This document shows positions 12,549 through 24,500 of a stretch of 64,000 nucleotides of DNA, one piece after another (the first letter of the stretch is position 1; each line of letters begins with the position of its first letter). The stretch comes from the human T2T-CHM13v2.0 reference genome, Homo sapiens. The notes under the pieces were generated by a model. That model worked only from the letters and a program-made list of their open reading frames with translations. It searched no databases and was not told where the DNA came from. The stretch lies in NCBI RefSeq assembly GCF_009914755.1, contig NC_060936.1, one strand, 5' to 3'. Made by a program: the position numbers and the translations under genes.

Positions 12549-14331
12549 TTTTCTTTTTTTAAAGATCTTAATTTTTTTAGAGCAGTTTTAAATTCACAGC
12601 AAAATTGAGAGGAAGGTGCAGAGATTTTCCATATCCTCCTCCCCCCAGATAAGTGTAGTCTCCCCCATTATCAACATCCCCCACCAGAGTGGGCCATTTG
12701 TTACATTTAATGAACCTACACTGACATATCTTTAGCACCCAAAGCCCAGAGCTTACATTAGGGTTCGCTCTTGATGCTGTTTATTATGTGGGTTTGGACA
12801 AATGTATAGTGACGTGTATCTACCATAAGAGTGACATGCAGAGTAATTTCACTGCCCTAAAAATCCTGTTTTCTGCCTAGTTATCTCTTCCTCCCCCTAA
12901 ATCCTGACAGCCACTAACCTTTATACTATCTCCGTATTTCTGCTTCTTTCAGAAAGTCATGTAGTTGGAATTATACACTATTTAGCCTATTCAGATTGGG
13001 TTCTTTCACGTAGTAGTATGCAATTAAGGTTCTTGCATGTCTTTAAATGGCCTGATTCTTTCTTACTTTTTAGGACTGAATAATATTTCCTTCTCTGAAT
13101 TTTCCACAGTTTATTTATTCATTCAGTTACTAAAGGAAGTCTTGGTTGCTCCCAAGTTTTGGCAATCATGAATAAAGCTGCTCTAAACACTCATGTGCAG
13201 GTTTTCCTATGAATATAAATTTTCTGCTCCTTTGGGTAAATGTCAAGAAGCGCACCTGCTTGATTGTATAATGAGATTATGTTTAGCTTTGTAAGAAACT
13301 GCCAAATTGTCTTCCAAAATAGCTGCATCATTTTGCATTTCTACTGGGAATTAGTTTCCTATAATACCTGTTGCTCCATTTCCTGTTGCTCAGCATCCTC
13401 ACCAGCATTTGATGTTGTCAGCATTCTAGATTTTAACCACTCTAACTGGTATGTAATAATATATTACTAATGTTTTAATTTTCATTCTCCTGCTGACGTA
13501 TGATGTGGAGCATCTTTTCCTATGCTTATTTTTCACATGTATATCTTCTTTGGCGAGGTGTCTATTTAGATATTTTGCCCACTTTTTAACTAGGGACTTT
13601 CTTTCTATTGTTGAGTTTTAATAGTTCTTTGTATATTCCAGGTACAGTCCCTTATCAGGTATGTCTTTTGCAAATATTTTCTCCCAGTCTGTGGCATGTC
13701 TTTTCATTTTCTTGACAGTGTCTCTTGCAGAGCATAAATATTTTAATAAATTCCAGTTTATCAATTCCTTCTTTCATAGATTATGCCTTTGGTGTTGTAA
13801 GTTATTGCCAAGTGCAAGGTCAGCTAGATTTTCGACATTATCTTCTAGGAGTTGTATATTTTTCATTTTACATTTACGTCTGTGATCTATTTTGACTTGA
13901 TTTTTTTTTAAGCATATAATGTCTGTGACTAGATTCATTTTTTTGCTTGGAAATGTTTAGTTATTTCAGCATTGGCTTAAAAGATTACTGTTTTTCAATT
14001 ATTAACTTTATTTCTTTGCCAAATATTATGGATCAAGTTGGAAAGAATTCACATCTTGACAATATTGATTCTTGCTATCAATGAACGTGTAATATCTTTC
14101 CATTTATTTAGTTCTTTGACTTCATTCAACAGAGTTTTTGTTTCTCTCATATAAAACTTGTACATATTTTATTAGATTTATACCTAAGTGTTTCATTTGG
14201 AAGAATTACTACTATAAGTGGGATCATGTTAATTTCAAATTTATTTTATTCACTGCTGGTATATAGGAAAATAAATGGCTTTTGTATGTTAATCTGTATC
14301 CTGAAGCATTGCTAAAATTACTTATTAATTC

Positions 14332-14683
14332 TGACATGGTTTGGCTGTGTCCCCATCCAAATCTCATCTTGAATTCCTATGTGTTGTGGGAGGGGCCTGG
14401 CGGGAGGTAATTGAATCATGGGACAGGTCTTTCCCGTGCTGTTCTCGTGATAGTGAATAAGTCTCACAAGATCTGATGGTTTTACAAGGGGGAGTTTCCC
14501 TGCACAAGCTCTCTTTGCCTGCTGCCATCCATTTAAGACGTGACTTGACCCTCCTTGCCTTCCAACATGATTGTTAGGCTTCCCCAGCCATTTGGAACTG
14601 TAAGTCCAATTAAACCTCTTTCTGTTGTAAATTGCCCAGTTATGGGTATGTCTTTATCAGCAGCATGAAAATGGACTAATACA
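14332..14683 (+). mobile_element. THE1A MaLR solo LTR
   Basis: TGACATGGTTTGGCTGTGTCCCC...GGACTAATACA with perfect 5-bp TSD AATTC. Confidence 0.93.
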
Positions 14684-15168
14684 AATTCCATGAGTGTTTT
14701 TGTCAGTGCTTTTAGATTTTCTACATAGACCATCATGTCATCTGCAAACCAAGATAGTTTGGTTTAGTTTCACAATCTGTATGCCTTTTATTTTCTTGTC
14801 TTATCACATTTCTTGTATTATTACATCTGGGACTTCCAGAACTATCTTGAAAAGCAGTGGTGAAAGTGGACATCTTTATCTTCTTCCTGATCTTAGCGGA
14901 AAAGCTCCTAGTCTCTCACCATTAAGTATTATGTTAACTCTAGGTTTTCGTAGATATTCTATATCAAGTTGAAAAAGTTTCCCACTATTCCTAGTTTACT
15001 AACAGTATTTAATCATGAATGGGTGTTGCATTTTCAAATTCTTTTTTGTATCTATTGATATAATCATGTGATTTTTCTTCTGTAGCCTGTTGACATGATA
15101 AATTACATTAATTGATTTTCTAATGTTGAGTCAGGCTTGCACATCTGGGAAAAATCCGACTTTGACAT

Positions 15169-15580
15169 TGTAGTGGTCCATTTTCACACTGCTATAAAGA
15201 ACTACCTGAGACTGACTGGGTAATTTATGAAGAAAAAAGGTTTAATTGACTCACAGTTCCACAGGCTTACCAGGAAGCATGAGTGGGAGGCCTTGGGAAA
15301 CTTACAATCATGGTGGAAGGCAAAGGATAAGCATGGTGGAGCAGGAGAGAGACACAGAACATAGGGGGATGTCCCCATCTTACCATGGTGGAGTAGAAGA
15401 CAGAGAGAGTGAAGGGGGAAATGCCACACACTTTTAAACCATCAGATCTCATTAGAACTCACTCAATATCACAAGAACAACAAGGGGGAAATCTACCCCC
15501 ATGGTCCAATCACCTCACAACAGGCCCTTCCTTTAATTTGACATGAGATTTGTGTGGGGAGACAAATTCAAACCATACCA
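15169..15580 (-). mobile_element. MSTA MaLR solo LTR
   Basis: TGTAGTGGTCCATTTTCACACTGCTATAAAGAACTACCTGAGACT...CAAACCATACCA with perfect TSD GACAT. Confidence 0.9.
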
Positions 15581-15687
15581 GACATGGTGTATAATTCTTG
15601 TTATACATTGCTGGATTTGATTTGCTAGTGTTCTGTTGAGGATTTTTGCAACTGTGTTCATGAGAAATATTGGCCTTCTTTTCCTAT

Positions 15688-18087
15688 AATATTGAAATTA
15701 TGCCAATTAACAAACCTCTCATGGCCTCTAATGTTTAAGTAAGAGTTCCGTGTTTCTCACTTTAAATCAAAAGCTAGAAATGAACATGCTTAGTGAGGAG
15801 GCATGTTCGAAGCCAAGACAGACTGAAAACTAAGCCTCTTAACACCAGTTAGCCAAGTTGTGAGTGTGAAGAAAAAATTCTTGAAGGAAATGAAAAGTAC
15901 TACTCTAGTGAACACACAAATGATAACAAAGCAAAATAATTTTTTAATTAGTCTGTTTTTGCAAGGAATACTTAAGCCTGGGTAATTTATGAAGAAAAGA
16001 GGTTTATTTGGCTCACATTTCTACAGACTACACAAGAAGCATGACACTGGCAACTGTTGGCTTCTGGTGAGGCCTCAGGAAGCTTTTGCTCATGAGATAA
16101 GGAAAGGGGAGCTGGTGTATCACATGGTGAGAGAGGGAGCAAGAAGAGGGAGTTACCAGGCTCTTTTAGATAACCTGTTGTCCTGTGAAGTAACAGAGCA
16201 AGAACTCACTCATTACTGCAAGAAGGGCACCAAGCCATTCATGTGGGATCTGCCCCTATGACCCAAACACCTCACACTACATCCCACCTTCAACACTGAG
16301 GATCACATTTCAACATGAGATTTGGACGAGACAAATATCAAACTATAACACTTCTTAATGCTAATATAGAGAAAGTTTTAGTGGTCCAGAGAGAAGACCA
16401 AACAAGTCACAACATTTTCTTAAGCCAAAGCCTAATCCAGAGCAGGCCCCTAACATTCTTCAACTCTGTGAATGCTGAGAGAGATGAAGAAGCTGCACTA
16501 AAAAGGTTTCAAGCTAATAGATGTTGGTTTATGAGGTTGAAGAAGAGAAGTCATCTCCATAATATAAAGGTTCAAGGTAAAGCAACAATGCTGATATAAA
16601 AGCTGCAGCAAGTCATTCAGAAGATCTAAGATAATTAGTGAAGGTGACTATACTAAACTACAGATTTTGATTATAGATAAAACAGACTTATATTGGAAGA
16701 AGATGGTATCTAGGACTTTCACAGCTAGAGAGAAGTCAATGCTTAGCTTCAAAGTTTCAAAGGACAGGCTGACTCTCTCGCTAGAGGCTAATGCAGCTGG
16801 TGACTTAAAGTTGAAGCCAATGCTCATTTACTATTCCAAAAATCCTAGCGACCTTAAAAAGTATCCTAAATCTACTCTGCCTGTGCTCTAGAAATGGAGC
16901 AACAAAGCCTGGATGACAGCACATCTGTTTACAGCATGGTTTACTAAATATTTGAAGCTGACTGTTGAGACCTGCTGCTCAGAAAAAACTGATTTCTTTC
17001 AAAATATCAATGTTCATAGACAATACACCTGGTCACCCAAGAGCTCCAATGGGGATGTACAAGGAGAAGAATGTTGTTTTCATGCCTGCTAACAGAACAT
17101 CCGTTCTACAACCCACAGATAAAGAGGTCATTTTAACTTTTAAGTCGTGTTTAAGAAATATATTTTGTAAGGCTATAGCTGTCATAGATAGTGTTTTTTT
17201 TTTCTTATGGATCTGGGCAAAGTAAATTGAAAACTTTCTGAAAAGGAGTAACCATTCCAGATGCCATTAAAAACATCTGTGATTCAAGAGAGGAGGTTAA
17301 AATATCAACATTAACAAAAATTTGGAAAAAGTTTATTCAAACCCTCATGGATATCTTTGAGAGGTTCAGGATTTACATGGAAGAAGTCACTGAAGATACA
17401 GTGAAAATAGCAGGAGAACCAGAATTAGAAGTGGAGCCTGAAGATATGACTGAAATGCTACAATCATGTGATAAAACTTCAACAGATGAGATGTTCCTTT
17501 TTATGGGTAAGCAAAGAAAGCGGTTTAATGAAATAGAATTTCTGGTGAAATGTTGTGAATATTGTTGAAATAACAAAGGAGTTGACATATTACATCAATT
17601 TAGCTGATAAAACAGTGGTGGGGTTTGACACAATTGACTCCAATTTTGAAAGAGGTTCTGCTGTGGGTAAACTGCTATTAAACAGCATCACATGCTACAG
17701 AGAAATCTTCTGTGAAAGGAGTAAATTGATGTGCCAAACCATTGTTGTTTCATTTTAAGAAATTGCCACAGCCACCCCAACCTTTAGCAACCACCACCCC
17801 AATCAGTCAGCAGCCATCCACTTGGAGACAAGCCTCCAATGGCAAAAGGATTAGGACTCGCTGAAGGCTCAGATGATCATTAGCATTTTTTTTTTTAACA
17901 AAAAGTCTTTTTAAATTAAAGTATTATGCTGTTTTGTAACACATAATACTATTGAACAGTTAATAGACTATAGTACAGTGTAAACATAAATTTTATATGC
18001 ACTGAGAAACCAAAATTTTCATGTGACTCACTTTATTGTGATGTTTGCTTTATGGCAGTGGTCTGGCATATCTCTGAGGTAGGCCTG
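15688..18087 (+). mobile_element. Tigger1 (TcMar/pogo) DNA transposon, left end deleted, transposase pseudogene
   Basis: ORF fragments [37 protein letters not shown] and [22 protein letters not shown] match Tigger1 DDE transposase. Right TIR ATCTCTGAGGTAGGCCTG is followed by TA. Multiple stops and frameshifts. Confidence 0.93.
15944..16350 (-). mobile_element. MSTB MaLR solo LTR inside Tigger1
   Basis: GGTAATTTATGAAGAAAAGAGGTTTATTTGGCTCAC...CACCAAGCCATTCATG...CAAACTATAACA; Tigger1 is colinear on both sides. Confidence 0.85.
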
Positions 18088-19282
18088 TATTTCTTATTGA
18101 GCAAGTTTGGCAGATTGTATCTGAAGGAATTTGTTCATTTCATCTACGTTATCAAATTTATGAGTGTAGATTTCTTCATATGCTGCTTTGTCATCCATGT
18201 ATGGTCCATAGGATCTGTAGAGCTATCCCCTCTTTCATTTCTGATATTAATAATTGTGTACTTTCTTTCTCTGTCTCTCTCTCTTTCTCCCTTTTAGTTA
18301 GCCTGGCTAGAAGTGTATTTATTTTATTGATCTTTTTAAAGAGTCAGCATTTGGTTTCATCAATTTTCTCTATTGATTTCATGTTTTCAATTTCAGCGAT
18401 TTCTGTTCTAATGTCTTTCAGCTTCGTTGAGGTAACACTGGCAAGAAGAAATTTATGTATTTAAATTGTATAATGTGATCTTTTAATTGTTCTAGTTATT
18501 AATATTATTTTATTCTACTTTTGATTAAATTTGCTCTTCTTTTTTTTTTTTTAGTTTGCTAAGGTAGAAACTTAGATGATTGATTTTGGATCTTTCTTAT
18601 TTTCTAATACATACATTCAATATTATAAATTTCCCGCTGAGCATTGCTTTCACTAATTTTGCAAATTTGATAAGTTGTATTATTTTATTTATTTCAAAAT
18701 ATTTTTAAATTTTTCTTGAGATTTTTTTCTTTGACCCATTCTTTATAGATATGTGTTGCTTAATATCCATGTATTTTTGTATTTTCCATTTATCTTTCTG
18801 CTATTGATTTCTAGTTTAATTTCATTGTGACCTTAGAGCAGACATTGCATAATTTATATTTTTTAAATTTGCTAAAATATGTTTTATGGCTTAAAATGTG
18901 GTATATTTTGGCAAATTTCATGTGAGTTTGAGAAGAATTTATGTTCTGTTGTTGTTGGATGAAGTAATTGATAGATGCCCATTATATTTACTTGATTGAA
19001 GGTGTTGATCTCAACTATGTCTTTATTGATTTTATGCCTGCTGGAGCCTCTGTTTTTGACAGAGATGTTTATGTCTTCAGGCATAACAGTGGATTCATCT
19101 ATCAGTTTTTGCCTCATGTAGTTTTATGCTCTGTTGTTAGGCACATTCATGTTAAAAATTATTGTGTCTCTTTGGAGGACTGACCCTTATATCATTAGGC
19201 AGTGTTCCCTTCCTCATGCCTGATGAGTTTCCTCGGATTTAAGTCAACTCTGAAATTAGTCAAACCACTCCTGCTTTCGTGT

Positions 19283-20710
19283 TTTTTCTTTTAAAACTGT
19301 TACTGAATATTGATAAATTAAGATTGTATTTATGGGATACAGAATAACGTTATATACACAAAATGTGCAATGTTTGAATCAAGCTGATTAACATATCAAC
19401 CACCTCAAATACTTATCATTTGTTCCTCCTGTCTAATGAAACATTGTACCCTTTAACTAATATTTCCCCATTTCTCGCCCTGCCTCCCAGCCTACTTCAA
19501 TGAGCTTGATTGTTTTAGATTCCACATGTGAGTGAGTACATGTAGCATTTGTCTTGCTGTGCCTGGCTTACTTTACTTAGCATAACACCTTCCAGGTTTA
19601 TTTATGTCATCACAAATGACAGGATTTCCCTCTTTTTTTTTAAGCCTGAATAATATTCCATTGTGTATCTATATGACATTTTCTTTATCCACTCATCCAT
19701 TGATAGACACTTTGGTTGATTTCATAACTTGGCTATTATGAATAATGCTGCAATTAACATATGAGTGCAGATATATCTTTGATATACTGGTTTCAAATCC
19801 TTTAGCTGTATACCCAAACATTGGATTGCTGGATCGTATGGTACTTCTATTTTTAGTTTTTTGAGGACCCTCCATACAGTTTCTCATAATGGCTACACAA
19901 ATTTGCATTCCCACCACCAGTGCACAAGGGTTTTTTTCTGTTTTTTTTTTACATTTCTTCCAACACTTATCTATCATTTTTTTGATAATAGCCATTCTGA
20001 CAGGTATAAAGTGATATCTCATTGTGGATTTAACCTACATTTTCCTAATGATTAGTGATGTTGAGCAGTTTTTAAATATTTGTTGACCACTTGTATGTCT
20101 TCTTTTAAGAAATGTCTATTCAGGTCCTTTGCCCATTTTTTAATTAGGTATTTGTTTTCTTGCTATTGATTTGTTTGAATTCCTTTTATACTTTGAATAT
20201 TAACCCCTTATTGGATGTATATCTTGCAAATGTTTTGTCCCAGTTCAATAGGTTGTCTGTTTACTTCATTAATTATTTCCTTTGCTGTGCAGAAGCATTT
20301 TAGTTCGTTGTATTTCCATTTGTCTATTTTTGTTTTTGTTGCCTGAAGTTTTGGAGTCAAATAAAAATAATCATCATTACCCAGACCGATGTCATATAGC
20401 TTTTTTCTTCTTTTTGTTGTAGTAGTTCTATAGTTTTGGGTCTTACATTTAAGTGTTTGATCCATTTTGAGTTGATTTTTGCATATGGTGTGAGATAAGG
20501 GTCTAATTTCTTTCTTCTGCATGTGTATATGCACTTTTCCCAACATCCTTTATTGAAGAGAATGTGTTTTCCCATCCTGTGTTCTTCGCATTTTTGTCAA
20601 AAAAAAATTGACCATAAATATGTGGACTTATTTCTGTTTTATTCTGTTCCCTTTGTCAATGTGCCTATTATTATGGCGGTTTGAAGTCAAGTAGTGTGAT
20701 GCCTTCAGCT
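19283..20710 (-). mobile_element. 5'-truncated L1MA-family LINE inside L1MC1
   Basis: L1MA 3' UTR (ATCAAGCTGATTAACATATC...TTTTAGATTCCACATGTGAG) and ORF2 C-terminal fragments ([15 protein letters not shown]; [18 protein letters not shown]). Confidence 0.85.
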
Positions 20711-21589
20711 AAAAAGAATTAATCCCTTTATCATTATACAATGTTCTTGTTTATCCCTGATTACTTTCTATGCTTTGAACTCTGTTTGTCTGAAATTAAT
20801 CTAAGTATTCCTGCTTTCTTTTCATCAGTGTTACCCTGGCATATCTTTCTCCATCCGTTTACTTTGAATTTGTATGTTTCTTTATATTTAAAGTGGGTTT
20901 TTTGTAAAGTGGGTTTTTTGTAAACAACATATAGTTGGATCCTATTTTTTTATACACTCTGACAATTTCTCCCTTGTAATTGGCACATTTAGACCTTTGA
21001 TTATTGATATAGTTGGATTAATAACTAGCATATTTATTAGTATTTTATTTGTTGCCCTTGTGCTTTGTGCCTATTCACTCTTTTTCTGCCCTTTTTGTTT
21101 TTTACTGAGCATGTTACATAATTCAATTTTCTTTCCTTTCTTAGCATATTACTTATCCTTTTTTAAAACATTTTTTAGTGATGGCGCAAGAGTTTGCAAC
21201 ATACATTTATGATTAAATCAAGCCTGCTTTCAAAAACATAAGATATAAGCATACATAATCAAATACATTGTTGCTATTATTTTGAACAAACTACTGCTAG
21301 GTCAATTAAGAATTTGAAAATGTAAGTTTTTATCTTCACTTATTCTATCTTTGATATTTTTTCCTTTTTTTATGTAGATACAAGTTTTTGACCTATATGA
21401 TTTTCCTTCTCTCTAAAGAACTTCTTTTAACATTTCTTACAAGACATGTCTATTGGCAACAAATTCCATTAATTTTTGTTTGTCTGAGAAAGTCTTTATT
21501 TTTCGCTCACTTTGAAAGATAACTTCACAGAGTATAGAATTCTAGGTTGATGGTTTTATCGCTCAACACTTTTTAAATACTTCACTCTA

Positions 21590-24500
21590 TTTTTTTCTCT
21601 TTTTTTTCCCAAATTTTATCTTACGTTTAGGGCGTACATATGCACGTTTGTAACCTGGGTAAATTGCATGTTGTGGGTGTTTAATGCAGAGATTATTTAA
21701 TCACCCAGGTAATGAGCACAGTACCCGATAGGTAGTTTTTTGATCCTCACCCTCCTCCCATCCTCCACCCTCAAGTAGGCCTGAGTGTCTATTGTTCCCT
21801 TCTTTGTGTACATGTGTACTCAATGTTTAGCTCCCACTTAGAGAACCTGTGGTATTTGGTTTTCTAATCCTGTGTTAATTTGCTGAAGATAATGGCCTCC
21901 AGTTCCATCTATGTTGCCGCAGAGGTTGTGGTTTCATTCTTTTCTGTGGCTGTGTAATATTCCTTGGAATATATGTAGCACATTTTCTTTACCCAGTCTA
22001 CCACTGATGAGCATTTAGGTTGATTCCATGTCTTTGCTATTGCGAAAAGTGCTGTGATAAACATATGTGTGCATGTGTCTTTATAGTAGAACAAGTCATA
22101 TATTCCTTTGGATATATACTCAATAATGGGATTCCTGAGTTGATTCTGAGTTGTTTTAAGTTTTCTGAGAAATCTCCAAACTGCTTTCCACGGTGGTTAA
22201 ACTAATTAACATTCCCACCAACAGTATGTAAGTGTTCTCTTTGCTCCACAACCTCACCAGCATCTGTTATTTTTTTATTTTTTAACAATAGACATTCTGA
22301 CTGGTGTGAGATGGTATCTCATTGTGATTTTGATTTGCATTTCTCTAATGACTAGTAATGTTGAGAATCTTTTCATATGCTTGCTGGCTACATCCATGTC
22401 TTCTTTTGAGAAGTGTCTATTCATGTCCTTTGCCCATTTTTGAATGGGTTGTTTGTTTTGGGTTTGTTAAATTGTTTAAATTCCTTATAAATCCAGGATA
22501 TCAGACCTTTGTCAGATGCATAGTTTGTGAAAATGATCTCCCATTCTGTAGGTTGTCTGTTTTTTCTGTTGATAGTTTCTTGGGCTATGCAGAACCTCTT
22601 CAGTTTAATTAGGTGCCACTTGTCAATTTTCGTTTGTATTGCAATTGCTTTTGGAGCCTTTGTCATGAAATCTTGGCCAGGGCCTATGTCCAAAATGTTG
22701 TTTCCTAGGTTTTCTTCTAGGGTTTTTATAGTTTTAGGTTTTTCATTTAAGTCTTTAATCCATCTTGAGTTGATTTTTGTATATGATGAAAGGTAGGGAT
22801 CCAGTTTCAATATACTTCATATGGCTAGTGAGTTATCCCAGTACCATTTCTTGACTAGGGACCCCTTTCCCCATTCCTCGTTATTGTCAACTTTGTTGAA
22901 AATCAGGTGGTTATCAGTGCATGGCTTTATTTCTGGGGTCTCTATTCTGTTCCATTGGCTAATGTATCTTTTTTTTTTTTTTTTTTTTTTTTTTTTGCCA
23001 GTACCATGCTGTTTTGGTTGCTGTATCCTTGTAGTATCATTTGAAGTTAGAAAGTGTGGTGCCTCTGGCTTTGTTCTTTTTGCTTAGGGTTGCTTTGGCT
23101 ATTCAGGGTATTTTTTCTAGTAGTTTTAAAAAATTCTGTGAAAAATGGCATTGACAGTTTAATAGGATAGCATTGAGTCTAGGTTGCTTTAGGCAGGATG
23201 GCTATTTTAATAATATTGATTTTTCTAATCCGTGAGCACAGCATGCTTTTTCATTTGTTTGTATCATCTCTGATTTCTTTCAGCAGTGTTTTGTAATTCT
23301 CATTGTAGAGATCATTTACCTCCCCTGTTAGCTATATTCCTAAGTACTTTATTCTTTTTGTGGCTATTGTGAATGGGATTGTGTTCTTGATTAGGCTCTC
23401 AGCTTGGACCTTATTGGTGTATAGAAATGCTGCTGATTTTGGTACATTTATTTTATGTTGTGAAACTTTGCTGAAGTTATCAGCTGAAGGAGCTGTTGAG
23501 TCAAGACTATGGGGTTTTCTAGATATAGAATCATGTCATATGCAAACAGAGATAGTTTGACTTCCTCTCTTCCTATGTGGATGCCTTTTATTTTTTTCTC
23601 TTGCCTGATTGCTCTGGCTAAGACTTCTAGTACTATGTTGAATAGGAGTGTTGAGAAGGGGTATCCATGTCTTATTTCATTTCTCAAGGGGGATGCTTCT
23701 AGCTTTTGCCCATTCAATATGATGTTTGCTGGGGTTTTGTCATAGATGGTTATTATTTTGAGGTTTTTTCCTTCAATACCTAGTTTGTAGAGGGTTTTCT
23801 TTTTAACATGAAGGAACATTAAATTTTATCAAAAGCTTTTTTTGCTTATATTGAAATAATCATATAGTTTTTGGTTTTTGTTCTGTTTACATGATGAATC
23901 CATTTATTGATATGTGTATATTGAACCAACCTTGCATTCCAGCCATAAAGCCTACTTAATTGTAATAGATTTGATGTTTGAGTGCCACTGGACTTGATTT
24001 GCTAGTATTTTGTTAAAGATTTTTGTATATATGTTTCTCAGGGATATTGGCTTGAAGTTTGCTTTTTTCATTGAGCCTCTGTCAGGTTTTGGAATCAGAA
24101 TTACACTGACCTCATAGAATGAGTTAGGTAGGAGTCCCTCCTCAACTTTTTGGAATAGTTTAATTAAGATTGGTACCAACTCTTCTTTGTATGTCTGGTA
24201 GAATTTTGCTGTGAACCTGTCAGTTCCAGAGCTTTTACTAGTTGGTAAGCTTTTTTATTACTGATTCAATTTTGGAACTCATTATTGACGTTTCCAACTT
24301 TTCAGTTTATTCCTCGTTCAATTTTGGAAGGTTGTAATTTTGAGGAATTTATCCGTTTCTTCTAGGTTTTCTAGTGTGTGTGCATATAGGTGTTCATAAC
24401 AGTCTCTGAGAGATTTCTATATTCCTGTGGGGTTGGTGGTAATATCCCCTTTCTCATTTCTGACTGTGTTTATTTGTATCTCCTCTCACTCTCTCTTTTT

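Noticed and set aside
16315-17758. Transposase-like ORFs as a domesticated TIGD-type gene
   Set aside because: Broken into several frames by stops and frameshifts and interrupted by an MSTB LTR; an ordinary dead Tigger1.
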